This document shows positions 12,491 through 25,462 of a stretch of DNA of 64,000 nt, in pieces. Position 1 is the first letter of the stretch, and each line of letters opens with the position of its first letter. The stretch lies in NCBI RefSeq assembly GCF_009914755.1, contig NC_060941.1. One strand, 5' to 3'. The position numbers were made by a program, and so were the translations under genes. This stretch comes from the human T2T-CHM13v2.0 reference genome, Homo sapiens. Under the pieces are notes generated by a model. The model saw nothing but the letters and a program-made list of their open reading frames with translations. It did no database searches and was not told where the DNA came from.

Positions 12491-12734
12491 TCGGTTTGCT
12501 GCACCCACTTTACAGAGCAAGAGACTGAGGTCCAGAGAGGTCCCCACACTTCTTTCTTTCCCCACTTGACCACATTCTTGGAATGACCGCTCAGGATCCA
12601 ATGAGCATTAGTTCTGAATGTTCCAGCAGCATTGACCCTGTCTCAGTTCTGTCTCCCAGTGACAGAGCGAGAGGTCACTGAGGACATCAAGAAGACCTGG
12701 CCAGCACACGACAGCTGCTCTCATCAGACCATGC

Positions 12735-13590
12735 ACACCTACACCCCAACACCTGTGCACAGACACCCCTACACCTGTGCAGACGCACCCCTACACCCGT
12801 GCACAGAGACACCTGTGCAGACACAACCCTACACCCGTGCAGACACACCCCCACACCCGTGCACAGACACCTGTGCAGACACACCCCTACACCCGTGCAG
12901 ACACACCCCTACACCCGTGCACAGACACCTGTGCAGACACACCCCTACACCCCCGTGCAGACACACCCCTACACCCGTGCACAGACACCTGTGCAGACAC
13001 ACCCCTACACCCGTGCAGACACACCCCTACACCTGTGCAGTCACCTGTGCAGACACACCCCTACACCCGTGCAGACACACCCCTACACCTGTGCAGTCAC
13101 CTGTGCAGACACACCCCTACACCTGTGCAGTCACCTGTGCAGACACACCCCTACACCCGTGCAGTCACCTGTGCAGACACACCCCTACACCCGTGCAGAC
13201 ACACCCCTACACCTTGCAGTCACCTGTGCAGACACACCCCTACACCCGTGCAGACACACCCCTACACCTGTGCAGTCACCTGTGCAGACACACCCCTACA
13301 CCCGTGCAGTCACCTGTGCAGACACACCCCTACACCCGTGCAGACACACCCCTACACCTTGCAGTCACCTGTGCAGACACACCCCTACACCCGTGCAGAC
13401 ACACCCCTACACCTGTGCAGTCACCTGTGCAGACACACCCCTACACCCGTGCAGTCACCTGTGCAGACACACCCCTACACCCGTGCACAGACACCTGTGC
13501 AGACACAACCCTACACCCGTGCAGACACATCCCAACATCCATGCACAGACGCACCCCAATACCTGTGCACAGACACACCCTCACGCCCGT
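12735..13590. repeat. Composite VNTR of 22-bp (CACACCCCTACACCCGTGCAGA) and 12-14-bp (CACCTGTGCAGT/A) units
   Basis: Directly visible. Confidence 0.95.
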
Positions 13591-13805
13591 GTACACCCCC
13601 AACCCCACATAACCGGCCCTCTCATAACCCTACACCATGCATCACACCCAAACCCCATGACCAACACCCACCACAGGCAGCAGTGTGGTGGGTCAGGCCC
13701 CACTGGGCCACGGTGCGGCTTCTCCTGCCCTTTTCACCTCTGCCCCCTACCTGGGCTGCCACTCCCTGGGAAGGACCAGCAGCCAGGTTAATATGTATTT
13801 TTCTG

Positions 13806-14063
13806 ACTTTGGGAGGCCAGGCAGGTGAATCACAAGGTCAGGAGTTCAAGACTAGCCTGGCCAAAATGGTGAAACCCTGTCTCTACTAAAAATACAAAAC
13901 ATTAGCTGGGCGTAGTGGCAGGTGCCGGTAACCCCAGCTACTCAGGAGGCTGAGGCAGGAAAATCGCTTGAACTTGGGAGGCAGAGGTTGTGGTGACCCA
14001 AGAATGCACCACTACACTCCAGCCCGGTGACAGAGTGAGACTCTGTCAAAAAAAAATAATAAT
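13806..14063 (+). mobile_element. 5'-truncated Alu with 16-bp target-site duplication
   Basis: TSD AATATGTATTTTTCTG at 13790-13805 and 14064-14079. Confidence 0.9.
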
Positions 14064-16358
14064 AATATGTATTTTTCTGTGAGCCTGGACAGGTTCTCTG
14101 GGGCGAGTGAAGGGAGGGCGCAGATTTGGGCCATGGTCCTGGTCCTGGGTCTAGGCTCTGTGTGGTGGAGGGCACCAGCCTCCCCTGGCACCGTCCTGGC
14201 TGCATCCCCCATCCAGCCTGGGCACGTCCCGCCACACGCCCCGCGTGGGTCTGGAGTCTGGGGACGGTGTGGCCACAGGTGTGGAATGACAGGCTGTGAC
14301 AGTTGTGTCACCAGATCCTCTGGGCAGGGAGCTGTAAGGCAGGCAGGGTCAGGAGCTGGGCAGCCCAGGACCCCAGGGAGGCGGGGCTGTGGCTCGGCCG
14401 GAATGTCCTTCCCCGTGACTCGGCTTTCTTCCCCTGACCCGGCCAGTCCTGGCCCCAGTCCTGTCCATGGGGCGGCAACTGGTGCTGGGTGGTACGGCCA
14501 AGACTGGGTCAGGACGGGGTGGCCCTGCTGGGATCTGGAAAATGGTGTGCGGGGTTCCCAAGGACGCAGGATGTGGGCTGTGTGGCTCCCCCGACCCTGG
14601 AAGGTTCCCTGGGACCTGAGATCTGGCCCTGATAGGTCCGGGGGCCTGTTCTGCCACCCTCCCTGGGGCAGCGGCTGTGGTGACCCTTGGAGAAAAGCCT
14701 CTCCGCATTTCCTAAGTCATTTCAGGACACAGAGGTAGGGACTCTCGGGGCAGCCCATGGGGAGGAAGCAGATCCCAGCCTCCCCTTCCTGCCCGCCCCC
14801 CTCCCACAAAGGTTGCTCTTGGAAAAGGTGGGACTGCGCACCCCAGGGAGCTTAAGCCTGCCAGGGAGCAGGGTGGGAAGGACCTGGGGGCCAGGCCCCT
14901 AGGAGGACATTCCAGGGCCTGGAGGGCCCTGTAGCTGGAACTGGGAACAAAAGGAAGTTGGGGCAGCCAGGGGCAGGTGGGAGCACCTGGGTCTGGGGGA
15001 GAAGTCAAGACTGGGGGCTGTGGGGTCACAGGGGGGCGTCCTGTGAAGCTGCTCACTGGCCAGGGATGGTGCCACCTGTCCACACCCCCACCTCCTTTCC
15101 TGCAGAAAAGGGCGGCCTGGGCCTGGGGTCTGACCCAGGGCCACTGTGGGGGAGCAAGCGTTGGAGCCAGGTGTGGGGTGGGTGCTCCCAACACCACCCA
15201 GAGTGGGGTGCAGAGATGCGGACACACGTGGCCTTTCCCACCCCTTCCCGCAGCTCCAGACCCCCAGCGGGCCAGGGGATCGCACCATGGCCAGAAGTGC
15301 CTCTCCCCTGCACCATCGCTGTCTCTGACACATCCAGGGTTGTTGAGGGAGGGGCATGACCCCCAGAAGGCATCTTACCCGAAACCAAAGTGGTATTCCG
15401 TGCCCAGGTGCCCCTGGAGCCCTGTGTCAGATGGAGCCTGGCCACCTGGGCCCTGGTGCCAGGCCTGGAATGCCCCCCACCACCAACTGCTGGGCCTTTC
15501 TAAAAGCTGAGCACTTGGAGGTCAGGGGTACCTCATGCTACCGGAGTGCCAGAATCCTCGGAGAGGGGCCCAGGGTCTCGGAGGCTCTGGCCCCACCCCA
15601 CAGCGTCCTGTTCTGTCCAGGCTCCGGGTGAGCTGTCCCAAGTGGCCTGCTTGATAGCTGCGCTGCCTGTTTCCTCTGGGTAACAACCTGGCAGGCCCCC
15701 AGCCCCAGCCCCCAGCAGCCATCACATCACTGTGACCACTCTGTGGTCTTCCAGTCCCCCCAGTCAAAGCCCACAGACTTGACCTCTCTGCTGGGAGCCA
15801 GTGCTGACTGGCCTGCCTGCTCCCCTCCCCTCTGAGGGCAGGGAGGCTCCACCCCAGCTCTGGGTGGACAGTCCTGGGGCCCACACCCAGGGGAAGCCAT
15901 GCCTAAGAGGGGGCCAGGCCTGGGGGTCAGAACCAAACCACAGGTGCTCCCTGGGACCCCTGGAGGGATGACTGGGCGTCTTCCCAGCTGGGAGAAAACC
16001 TGGCCCTGGCAGGGGCGCCCCTTTGTCCTTCAGGAGGCAGGAGGGGGCAGTGAGGTCCCAGGCTCTCTGGCTCTGTCTCCCTCCCCCTGTTGCTGCTCTA
16101 TGGTGGGGGTTCAGGGTTCAGGGATCAGGGCCAAGCTGTAGGCAGATGTGGAAGGTGTCTCGGTGGCTTCAGTGGGGGCCCCAAGCCCAGCTGGCAGGCC
16201 TGGTGACTCAACAATCTGGGATGGGGAGCACGGTACCCTCGCCTCCCCGGCAGGCAATACCCCATAGGGGACCCATTCCCGCAGCTGTCCACGGTGCCTC
16301 GCACCCCTCTGCTGCTCTCCCTCCTCAGAAACTGATGAATCGCCTGGTGCAGGAAGAT

Positions 16359-16432
16359 GGGAGCACCACCTGCCCTGGGCGGGAGCACCACCTGCCCTGG
16401 GCGGGAGCACCACCTGCCCTGGGCGGGAGCAC
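16359..16432. repeat. 22-bp tandem repeat (GGGAGCACCACCTGCCCTGGGC)x3.4
   Basis: Directly visible. Confidence 0.9.
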
Positions 16433-17159
16433 GGGCCAACTAAGTAGAGTCTTCATCTGTGAAGTTGGAGGCCCCCTCACCACTTGCCACAGGCCTGTGT
16501 TCTGCTCACAGGCACGTGCCCTCATCTTGATGTTTGGGGATGGGGGTGGTTGGGCCCCAGGTAGGGGTGAGGGCCAGACCCAGCCTCTGTGAATGCCAGC
16601 GGGAGGGTGGGCTTGTAACATTACATAGAAAGAACAGGCGGCCTTACTGGACCTGATGTCCCGCAAGGCTGGGCTGCAGATGGAGAGCCAAGGCCCACAC
16701 GGCCTCACTGTCAGGGGTGGCCTCCCCTTGCCCTCTGGAGGGGTCCTCCATTGATACCCCCTGCCTCCTTTGTGTGTGAAGGCACGGGCTTACCAGTGCC
16801 TCGGTCCCCGAAGCCCCCGGGTCCGGGAGGGGCCAGTTAAAGCATTCCTGTGGCCCTGGCAGGGTGGCCCTGACAACTAGACTCCTTGGTCCAGGCCAAC
16901 AAAGGCCTTACTCCCTGGAGCCACCTCAAACCTCAGCACCCAAAGCGGCCCGTTATTTCCATGTTGCAAATGAGAGAAAACAGGCTGGGAGAAGCACCTC
17001 ACGAGGTCCAGCGGGTGGGCAGCCCTCGCCTCCCCGAAGGTGGGAGCCGCCCCGGCCTCCGCGTCGGGTTCTGGGCCGCGAGAGGGGCGGGGCAGGGGCG
17101 CAGGGCTGGAGTCGGTGGCTTTGTAGGGCCCCGCAGGGCGCGGAGCCACCTGGGGAAAC

Positions 17160-17287
17160 GGAAGTTCAGGGAGGGCGAGGCCGTGCCCCACATCCAGGCA
17201 GCGCAGGCCGCGGGCCGCTCCCCTAGCCAGGAAGAGCCGCCGTCCGCACCGGGACCGGAGAGGAAGCGGAGGTCTGAAGGGGGACAG
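17160..17287 (+). other. SLC16A3: Candidate alternative non-coding first exon of SLC16A3
   Basis: ETS core CGGAAGT at ~17159 and donor GACAG|GTCGGA at 17287; start approximate. Confidence 0.4.
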
Positions 17288-17779
17288 GTCGGACGTGGCC
17301 TCAGAGAGGGAGGATGTGGGCCCCGGAGCTGAGCCAGGCGGCCGGAACCCCACGGGACCCGCGCGCACCTCCCCACCAAAGGGGCCCCGGCGTTGGGGGG
17401 CGAGGGGTCGCTGCCCTGGAGGACGTTGGGACCTGCCGCGCTGCGCTTCGAGGCGGGGAAACGGAGGGACGGCGGGGCGGAGGGGCGAAGCGAGCCTGGA
17501 CTCCGGGGGAGGCGAGGCCGGGAAGACCCAGTCCCGAGGAGCAGAGGGGGCGGGCCAGCTCCGGGCCGGGGGCGCCGACGGGGCCGGTTCCGGTTGGGGG
17601 GGTCCCTGGGCCCGGCGGGGTTGCGGGACGCGCCGTCGGGGAGCTGCGGCCCGGGAGCCCGTCCGGAGGCGGCGCGGGGTCCGGGCGGGGCGCGCAGGGG
17701 CGGCGCCAGGCGGTGACGTGCGCGGGGGACGTGCCGCGCCAGCGACCCGAGCACTTAAAGTCGCCCCCGGCGCGGAGCG

Positions 17780-17838
17780 GACCGGCAGAGGCGGGCAGAG
17801 GCGGCGAGAGGCGGGCTGAGGCGGCCCAGCGGCGGCAG
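17780..17838 (+). other. SLC16A3: SLC16A3 non-coding exon 1 (start approximate)
   Basis: Matches the MCT4 mRNA leader as I recall it (...GCGGCCCAGCGGCGGCAG); donor CAG|GTAGGC at 17838. Confidence 0.8.
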
Positions 17839-19549
17839 GTAGGCGCGGCCGCGATGCTCGCGCGCGGGCCGGGGCCCAGGAGCTCCCCCGTGCCGGGCAA
17901 GGGGGCGACCTCGGGGTCCGCGCTCTCACCCCCACCCCGCCCACTTTGTCCATCAGGTCCGGGGGCGCCCGGGGCATGGACTAGCCTTCTCGACCCCGAG
18001 CGGGCCCCACCGAGGGCTCCCGAGAGCCAGCCGCGCCCCTCCGCGCCCTCGCATACCTGGCTGCCCAGTCTCGTCTCCCCCGGTCCGGCCCGGCGCCCAC
18101 CCGTCGGGCTGCCCTCAGGGGCTGGGCTCGGGCCAGGAGATGGCTGCGCCGGCGGCCAAGCCCGGTCCGGGTATAAATAGCTCGGTCCGCGGTGGCGGGG
18201 GGCGCGGGCTATATTTGGTGGGGCTGCTGCAGCCCTCCCTGTATGGGTGGCCTCCCCGAGGGAGTGGGGAGCACTTGCGCTCGGGCCGTGGCGCTTTCCC
18301 CTGTTCGCAACACCCTGAACACTCCCCGACCCACACCCGCCCTTGGGCAATGACTAACAGCCCGAGACCGTGCAGGGAAGTGGGGGACACTCTCCAGAGC
18401 CAGGCTGGGCTCCCTGGGTTCGCCCTACCTCCACCCCTGGCCCCCAGCTCGTGGGAAAACCAGACGCAGCCTTTGGTAGCCTCCCACTTCCTAACCCACG
18501 CCTCAGTTTCCCTATACGAAAAGTGGGTTGGTCAGGAGCCTCCCTGGGTGTTGGGCCAGTCAAGAGACAGGAGCCGCAGAGTGGAAGGGAAGCCCTTAGC
18601 TCTGGCCGGGGCCTCCAGGGGTGGCTGGAGTCGGTGAGGGACGATGGGGGGAGCCGAGGGGCGGCTGTCCTCCTCTCTGTCCCAGAGGCATGGGCTGAAA
18701 GGGTCCCTCTCCTGGTGATGGCCAGAGTCAGGCCTGCTGGGCGGGAAATGGCAGTTGGCCCACCCCAAGGCCCAGGGGCTTGTCCATGCTGAGCACAAGG
18801 GTGGGAGGTCTTGTGTCTGTTGGGGCCGGGGAGTCCAAGGTCCCAGCTTCACTGCACAGGCCTGGAAGTCAGGTGGGTGCTGGCCTGACCCTGCTGAAGG
18901 AGGGTCTATTCCGCCAGCGTGGTGTGGAGGCGGCTGGGCTCGACTCCCTCATGGAGGGAAGGAACTGAGGAGGTGCTAGGAGGCCGTGGGGGGGTGTCTG
19001 CCCCCAGAGAGGCTTTGAGTGCATGGGGGCTCTGCCGTGGCACGTGCAGCGTCTGTCCCCCAGGGCCCCATGGTGTGGACAGAGTCTGGGGTGGGCACCT
19101 GGAGGCCTGGTCTCAAGGCAGGCTTGGTAACGACCCCATGTGACCTTGGGCAGGGCCCGCCATCCAGGCCACCCAGAAAGCCATGTGGCCTGCACGATCA
19201 GGCCAGACCCCACTGACTGGAGCGGGGCACTTTACTTTGGAGGGGCAGCTACCAGAGGGCTCTATGGATCCCAGCCCAGCCGTCAGGCCGGACGGGTCCC
19301 CCCTACTGGCCTGCAGTGACCCTTATGCCAGGCTCGGCTGGCTCAGCGGTGGGTCCTGGGGTGACCTGGCCACGTGGGACAGAAGGGCCTGTGCCGCTCC
19401 CTCCAGTGAGGTGCCAAATGTGGGCCACACTCTGGGCCCCAGCGGGGGCCTTCCGGGCAGTGGCGCAGAGCCATTGGAGGTGCCCGGGCCCTGGGGCAGG
19501 GGCGGGGCGGGAGCAGACAGAGCTCAGGGCGTCCTCCTAGCGTCACCTG

Positions 19550-20320
19550 CCCGAGTCAGGCCCATCTGTGAAATGGGCCACGCCGGGCAGCCGCACGCAA
19601 CGGAACCGAACCGCCGGGCTCCTGCTCCGAGACCCGCAGTTCACGAGTCGACGCCCCCGAGTCCCGAGCCGCGCCCACTGGTCCCACCTCTGCAGCAAGT
19701 GGAGTCGGCCCCGCCCTGTGGCTTCGAGGCCCCGACGCCTGGCGCGGCTCCCGGGCTCCGCTGACCCCGGTGGACCCGCGCGCCGGCAATTACGGTAGCG
19801 TCCAGTAGGGCGCCTACTGCGGGCAATACGGGGGCTCCTCCCATGGCGCGGTCACGTCCCCCACGTCCCGCGGCTGGCGGGGCGGGGCCGGGCGGAGCAT
19901 CCTTCCCTCCCCCTCCCCCGGGTGGGCCCCGCCCAGCCTCGACCACCCGCGCCGACCCCCGCCCGCAGAGCCGGGAAGCCGGAACCCGCAGGCGCCCTCC
20001 AGCCGTCCCTCCGGCCCGGGCGGGGATTGCGCCGAGGAGGGGCCTCTCCTGGCGAGGGTGGAGTTTTGGGTTCCCCCCTTCGCCCCGCACCTCCCGCCTT
20101 CCTGCCTCCTCCCGGTCTTCACCTTCCCCCCCGGGTCCCCACGACGCCCGCTGGGCGGCGGTGGGGTAGGGGGCGCCTCCTGACCCGACTCCCCTTCCAG
20201 CCTTGGCCTTCAGGCACTGGCTTTAGGGTGGAGGGGCGGCCTTGCGGGGTCCAGGAGGCCTCGGAGGTGGGGGACGGCGGCTCTGGACCAGCTCCGGCCC
20301 CCACCACCTCCCGGCCCCAG
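19550..20320. promoter_or_regulatory. Intronic CpG island in SLC16A3 intron 1 (alternative promoter/enhancer)
   Basis: CpG-dense with GC boxes; paired CACGT at 19853-19857 and 19862-19866. Confidence 0.65.
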
Positions 20321-22518
20321 GGCGGTGACAGCCTTGCGGAGAAGGGGTCTTCAAAGCTCTGAGACCCCGCAGTGCCAGCTCAGGATTGAAGCCTGCGGCG
20401 GCACATGCAGCCTTCCTTTCCCAAAGGGGACTTGCGCCCAGCCCCTCTTGGGGCACCAGTGGGGGCTCCTGGCCCTGGCCCTGGGTGGGAGTGGCCAGTC
20501 CGCAAATGAGGCCTGTGTGTCTGCCCCGCCGGCCCCTGCCGTCGTGATGTAAGCGGACACAGCGGCAGGGCACGGGCTGCGCGAGGGGTCTGCGGGGGTC
20601 AGAGGTGGGGCGCAGGGCCCAGGCCTGGGGCAGCCCCTTGCGCAGCGTCCACCCCCTGCAAGCTCGACCCCGACACCTTTGCAGGCGCCTGGGGCGGGGC
20701 TGCCGGGAGTTGCTCACTGCTCCTTCCTTGTTTGCACAACAGGGGCTGTGGGGGAAGAAGGGAACTGAGGGAGGCCCCTCCCCCGGTGCAGCGCCCTCCC
20801 GCCCTCGGCACCCCTCGGCAGCCAGGCGCTGGCCACAGAGGCCGCTTCCTTGGTCCTCAGGCAGCTCCTGGGATCCAGGAAGGAAACGAATTACCCTTTT
20901 CCTGCCCCGCCTCCTGCCTGGGCCACAAAGGCAGGGCCAAAGCCCATCCTTCAAGGGCTGGAGTCAGTTAGGTAACAGGCCACGGGCCCCGGGCTCAGGC
21001 CACTGCACGGACCCAGGGAACGGGCTGACGGTCCAGCAGAGGCCTCAGCGAGGCGGCGGCGCTGCGCACAAACCTGAGGACCTAGGCGGGTGAGGGGTCT
21101 GCAGGTCCAGACGCCTGAGGGGAAGCATGCCAGGGTGCCCAGTGCCCCCCAAGGTGGTGGGCGAGGTTTCTGGAGAGGTCCCAGAGGAGCGGGCTTGGGC
21201 AGCAGGGGTCAGGTTCAGGACCCTCTGTGCATGAGTCCAGGTTGACTCTGCAGGACGGCATTTCGAGCCACCTGGCATGGCGTTCCAGGCCTGTGACGGG
21301 GCAGTGCAGGGGTCCGAACTGGCAGGCACCCAGGTCCTGAGGACTTCATGGTCGAATCCTGGTCTAAAGCCAGGGGTCCTTGCAGAGCCCTGCGCCCTGC
21401 ACCCTCGAGGGAACTGCCTGTAGGAGCCCCTGGCTTGGGAGGGCGCATGGCTGTGGGACGCAGGGTCTCCTGCAAGGGACTTTCCCACCCACCCCTGCCC
21501 CAGGCCTCCCGCTCAGCTTCCAGCAGCCTGGGGTCGTAGAGCCTTTGGGGGACCTGCTCTCCGGGCAGCCCCCACCTGGGAGATCAGCTTTCTCATCCCA
21601 GAGGCCAGGTTATTTCTGGGTGGGTTGGCATGCTTCCTGGGGGGCGGCGGGGGGGGGGGTTGGTAAATGTCAGGGGAAGGCCAGCCTGTGGCGTGTGCCC
21701 ACGGAGAGGCCAATGCTTGGTGGCTGTGGCGTGTGCTCCAGGCAGGACAGCCCCAGGGTTGTCCCTGGAACACCGGGCAGTCTGTACCTTGGCCCATCAC
21801 GGTGCCGGGGTTATCCTGGAAGATGGGGAGTGTGGGCCATTATTTTGTGCCCCTTCCCCGTACTCTACCTCCTGTGGAATCCCTTGCCCCAAGCCATGTG
21901 GGCAGACAGCTGGCTCCAAGTCAGCCCCTGGACACCAGGCTGGAGTGGGAACTCCTGGAGCCATTTCAGCATGGCTGGCACCACAGGCTGGGTGAGGACA
22001 GACGATGGTGCCAGGCTGTGGTCTGGGGGCTTGTCCAAATGCCGCATCTTGACACAGAAGATGGCCCTCCCCACATGAGCGTCACGTGGAAGCCACAAGC
22101 ACCTCAGGTCTCAGAACATGCTGTGCCCTCCTGGTCAGTGAGTCCTGGCACTGCCCCAACCCTCTGCCAGCCCTCCTTGACCCTAATTCAGGGGCGCCGC
22201 ATCTCCTGAGGGTGGCCACTGTCCCCTGCCTCCCCACACGCCCTCGTCTGTCTCCTGAGGACCCTGGCGGGCTTCAAACCCTGGGTCTGCCTGCGTCTCC
22301 CACCCCCGCTGGTGCAGCCAGGGAGACTCAGAGGCCTTGGTACCTCTTTGTGTTTTGCAGGGGGAACCTGGGGTATGCAAAATGTGTCTATTCCTGTTTG
22401 TTGTATACACATTTCCTTCCTTGGCCTTGCATGGCCTGTTTATTTTTAAAAGTGCAAACTTGCAACCCCAAACAAGCTGGGGCCCTGAGGCCGTCAACCC
22501 CTCCAGTCTCCCCTGTGA

Positions 22519-22870
<352 letters not shown>

Positions 22871-24742
22871 TCAGTGCATATATTTTTAATATCTTGTAGT
22901 TACCCTGCTGTATACTGTCATCTTAGGGACCTTTTAAACAATACCAGTATGAGCGGGACCTACCCTGCTGCTCAGTGACCCCAGGCAGTGTGTCCTAAGG
23001 TGGTGTGTCCTGAGGCGTGCGACACTCCTCTGTCCTGTCCCAGGCACTGTGGTGGGGGCATCCGGTGTCCAGGTGCAGAGGCAAAAGCTGCTCCCGGGTT
23101 TCCCAGAAATGGTTCCGAGGCCTGGGTCCCAGAGAGCCAGTGCAGGTTGGGGGGTGGACCTCTGGCTCTGTGGGGGGGTCTGTTCTGCTCCAGTGGGCCG
23201 TGTCTGCCTTGTCATCATCCAGACAGCCACAGCTGGCTCCTGGGTCCCCTCGTCAAGCAGCATTTCCCAGTAACAGTGACTTCGTGGAACACTTAGGAAG
23301 CCCTTAAAAACCATCCTCGGACCTCTGAGGCAGGGACTCCAGGGGGCACAGCACCTGTGGTGGGGACAGGCAGGCAGGCTGGATGCGGGGAGGGCCCGGG
23401 AGGAGGAGTGAGGAGCCACGCACGGAACTGCTCAGACTCTCCCAGCAAAGGTCCTGGCCCTTGTGCATGCCTTTAGTTACATGTCTGCCTTAGAGGCAAA
23501 GACGAGCCGTCACGGGGGACCCACCGGGTCAGGGGTCTGCGGACACGCTTGCAGGAGGAACCCAAGGAAAGGGGGTGGGGGTGGAGCCCCACAGATTGCG
23601 TCGTGGGTGGGCGTGGAGCTTGCACAGCAGGCCTGCTGCTGCCTCCCAGGGCGCTGGTTCACAGCACGGTCCCAGCAGGGAGAGGCTGAGCCGGTTGGAC
23701 TAGACCACCCAAGGTCTCAGGTTGCAGCTCCCTGGTGAGGAGAGGACAAGGTGACTTCTGGGTGGGGTGGGGCATGAAGATGGAAGTCTGACCTCGGGTT
23801 CCAACTTGACTCAAACGAGCTGAGCTCCTGGAGTTTAGAAAGGGACACCAGCTTCAGACATCGTGGGGGCTGGCATGGTTTGCTCTCGTGGGCTGGATGG
23901 GAGCCTCCCTAGCCCCTCCTGATTTCAGGCTGCAGCCTATGGGTCACTCCAGGCACAGGTGGGGTGAGTCAAGATCTCACTGGAGGAGTCACTGAGCAAG
24001 AGGGCCGGTGGGAGGCAAGGGGGCATCCAGGGACAAGGGGCCAGCTCTGCCCCCACTTCCCCACCCCACCCACTCTAATACTGCAGCCCCTGTGCTTCCA
24101 ACTGCCCCCTCCAGCCTGGGGCCCAGCCCCTCACCGCCAGAGACTGCCCGCCTCCTCTTGGGCAAGCTCCTGGTGGGCTCCACTGAAGCCAAAGTGGGCC
24201 CTTGGGGGCAGGAGAGCCAGAGCAAGGCACGCTCCACCTAGATTTAGACCGGGAGAGACCTGGAGGATGCCAACCCCAGAGGTCCTGGGGCGAGCTCAGT
24301 GCTGGGGACCGGAGGTGCCGTCTGCTGCCAGAATCATGGTGTGCGTGGTCCCTGCCCAGCACGGGTCAGCCAGAGCGAGCCAGGGCAGAAATGACGGCCA
24401 GGTCGATGTTCCTGTCGGGGGCTGCTTGTCCCAGGAGGTAATCTGAGTCCTGGCCGAGCCCAAAAAAGCCACTGCCCTTTAGAGCCAGCTGTGAGGGTGC
24501 AGGAGGCAGTGCAGAGGGAGTGGGACCCACAGCTGCTAGCCTCCCTCCAAACCCTCCTGCCTCCACCAGACACCAGGTCAGGGGGCCACAAGTGTGGGTG
24601 CCGGGCAGCTGCCCCTCAGCTGAGCTGCCGGGCCACCCAGCTCGTGTCCCTCCCCTGCCAGGCTGCAGCTGGGATGGTCACCCGGGCAGCCTGAGTCAGC
24701 CTGCTTTCTCTCTCAGGTGAGGCGGAACCAACCCTCCTGGCC

Positions 24743-24965
24743 ATGGGAGGGGCCGTGGTGGACGAGGGCCCCACAGGCGTCAAGGCCCCTGACGGCGGCT
24801 GGGGCTGGGCCGTGCTCTTCGGCTGTTTCGTCATCACTGGCTTCTCCTACGCCTTCCCCAAGGCCGTCAGTGTCTTCTTCAAGGAGCTCATACAGGAGTT
24901 TGGGATCGGCTACAGCGACACAGCCTGGATCTCCTCCATCCTGCTGGCCATGCTCTACGGGACAG
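24743..24965 (+). CDS. SLC16A3: Monocarboxylate transporter 4, first coding exon (exon starts at 24717)
   Basis: [22 protein letters not shown] (MCT motif); acceptor ctctcag|24717, donor CAG|gtgagg; 223 nt. Confidence 0.98.
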
Positions 24966-25401
24966 GTGAGGGTGGCCTCACACCGGGCCCCCTGTCCGGG
25001 GCTCTGCTGGCGGATCCTGCTGGGCGCGTGTAGCTGGGCTCAGCAACAGGGCCTTCCGCCTGCTCCCCAGGGAACCCTGGAGGGAAGCCCTTGGGGCCAG
25101 GATCCTGCTGGGCAGCAACATGCTCTCCACGGGGCCAACCCAGGCAGGGCGCGAAGTCCATCCTGGCCCCTGTCCAAACGGGTCGGCTGTATTTATAGAC
25201 CGTCTCAGAGGACAGGCTCCTGAGAGCCGTTCCTGAAAAGGTGGCTGTTCCTGAGCTGCAGGGACCCAAGGGGCCCAGCAGGCGGCGCTCACGTGTCATC
25301 ATGGCCTGCGCTCGGGGAGCCTGCCCACGGGGTGCCCCTGGTGCCCCGCGGGGGGAGGGGTGGTGTGGGAAGGGGAGGCCGGCTCCAGGCTGTGAGCTCA
25401 G

Positions 25402-25462
25402 TCGGCTGGCGGGGGTAGAGCTGGCTGCAGGCCCGGCCCCTCTCAGCTGCTGCCCTCTCCAG
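25402..25462 (+). ncRNA. MIR6787: pre-miR-6787, 5'-tailed mirtron (5p 25407-25428, 3p 25441-25462)
   Basis: TGGCGGGGGTAGAGCTGGCTGC arm pairs with TCTCAGCTGCTGCCCTCTCCAG, which ends exactly at the 3' splice site; sequence recognised from memory. Confidence 0.85.

Larger units (their letters stand above)
16990..18340 (+). promoter_or_regulatory. SLC16A3: SLC16A3 CpG island promoter with GC boxes and tandem HRE cores (ACGTG 17716-17720, 17729-17733)
   Basis: CpG-dense; RCGTG pair just upstream of exon 1. MCT4 is an established HIF-1 target. Confidence 0.85.

Noticed and set aside
12632-13889. 326-370-aa His/Thr/Pro/Cys-rich ORFs in three frames
   Set aside because: VNTR artefact; no exon structure
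16877-18350. Long Gly/Ala/Pro/Arg ORFs on both strands
   Set aside because: CpG-island composition depletes stop codons; no recognisable domain
19803-19819. 7-bp hairpin CAGTAGG-gcg-CCTACTG
   Set aside because: Short enough to occur by chance in 64 kb
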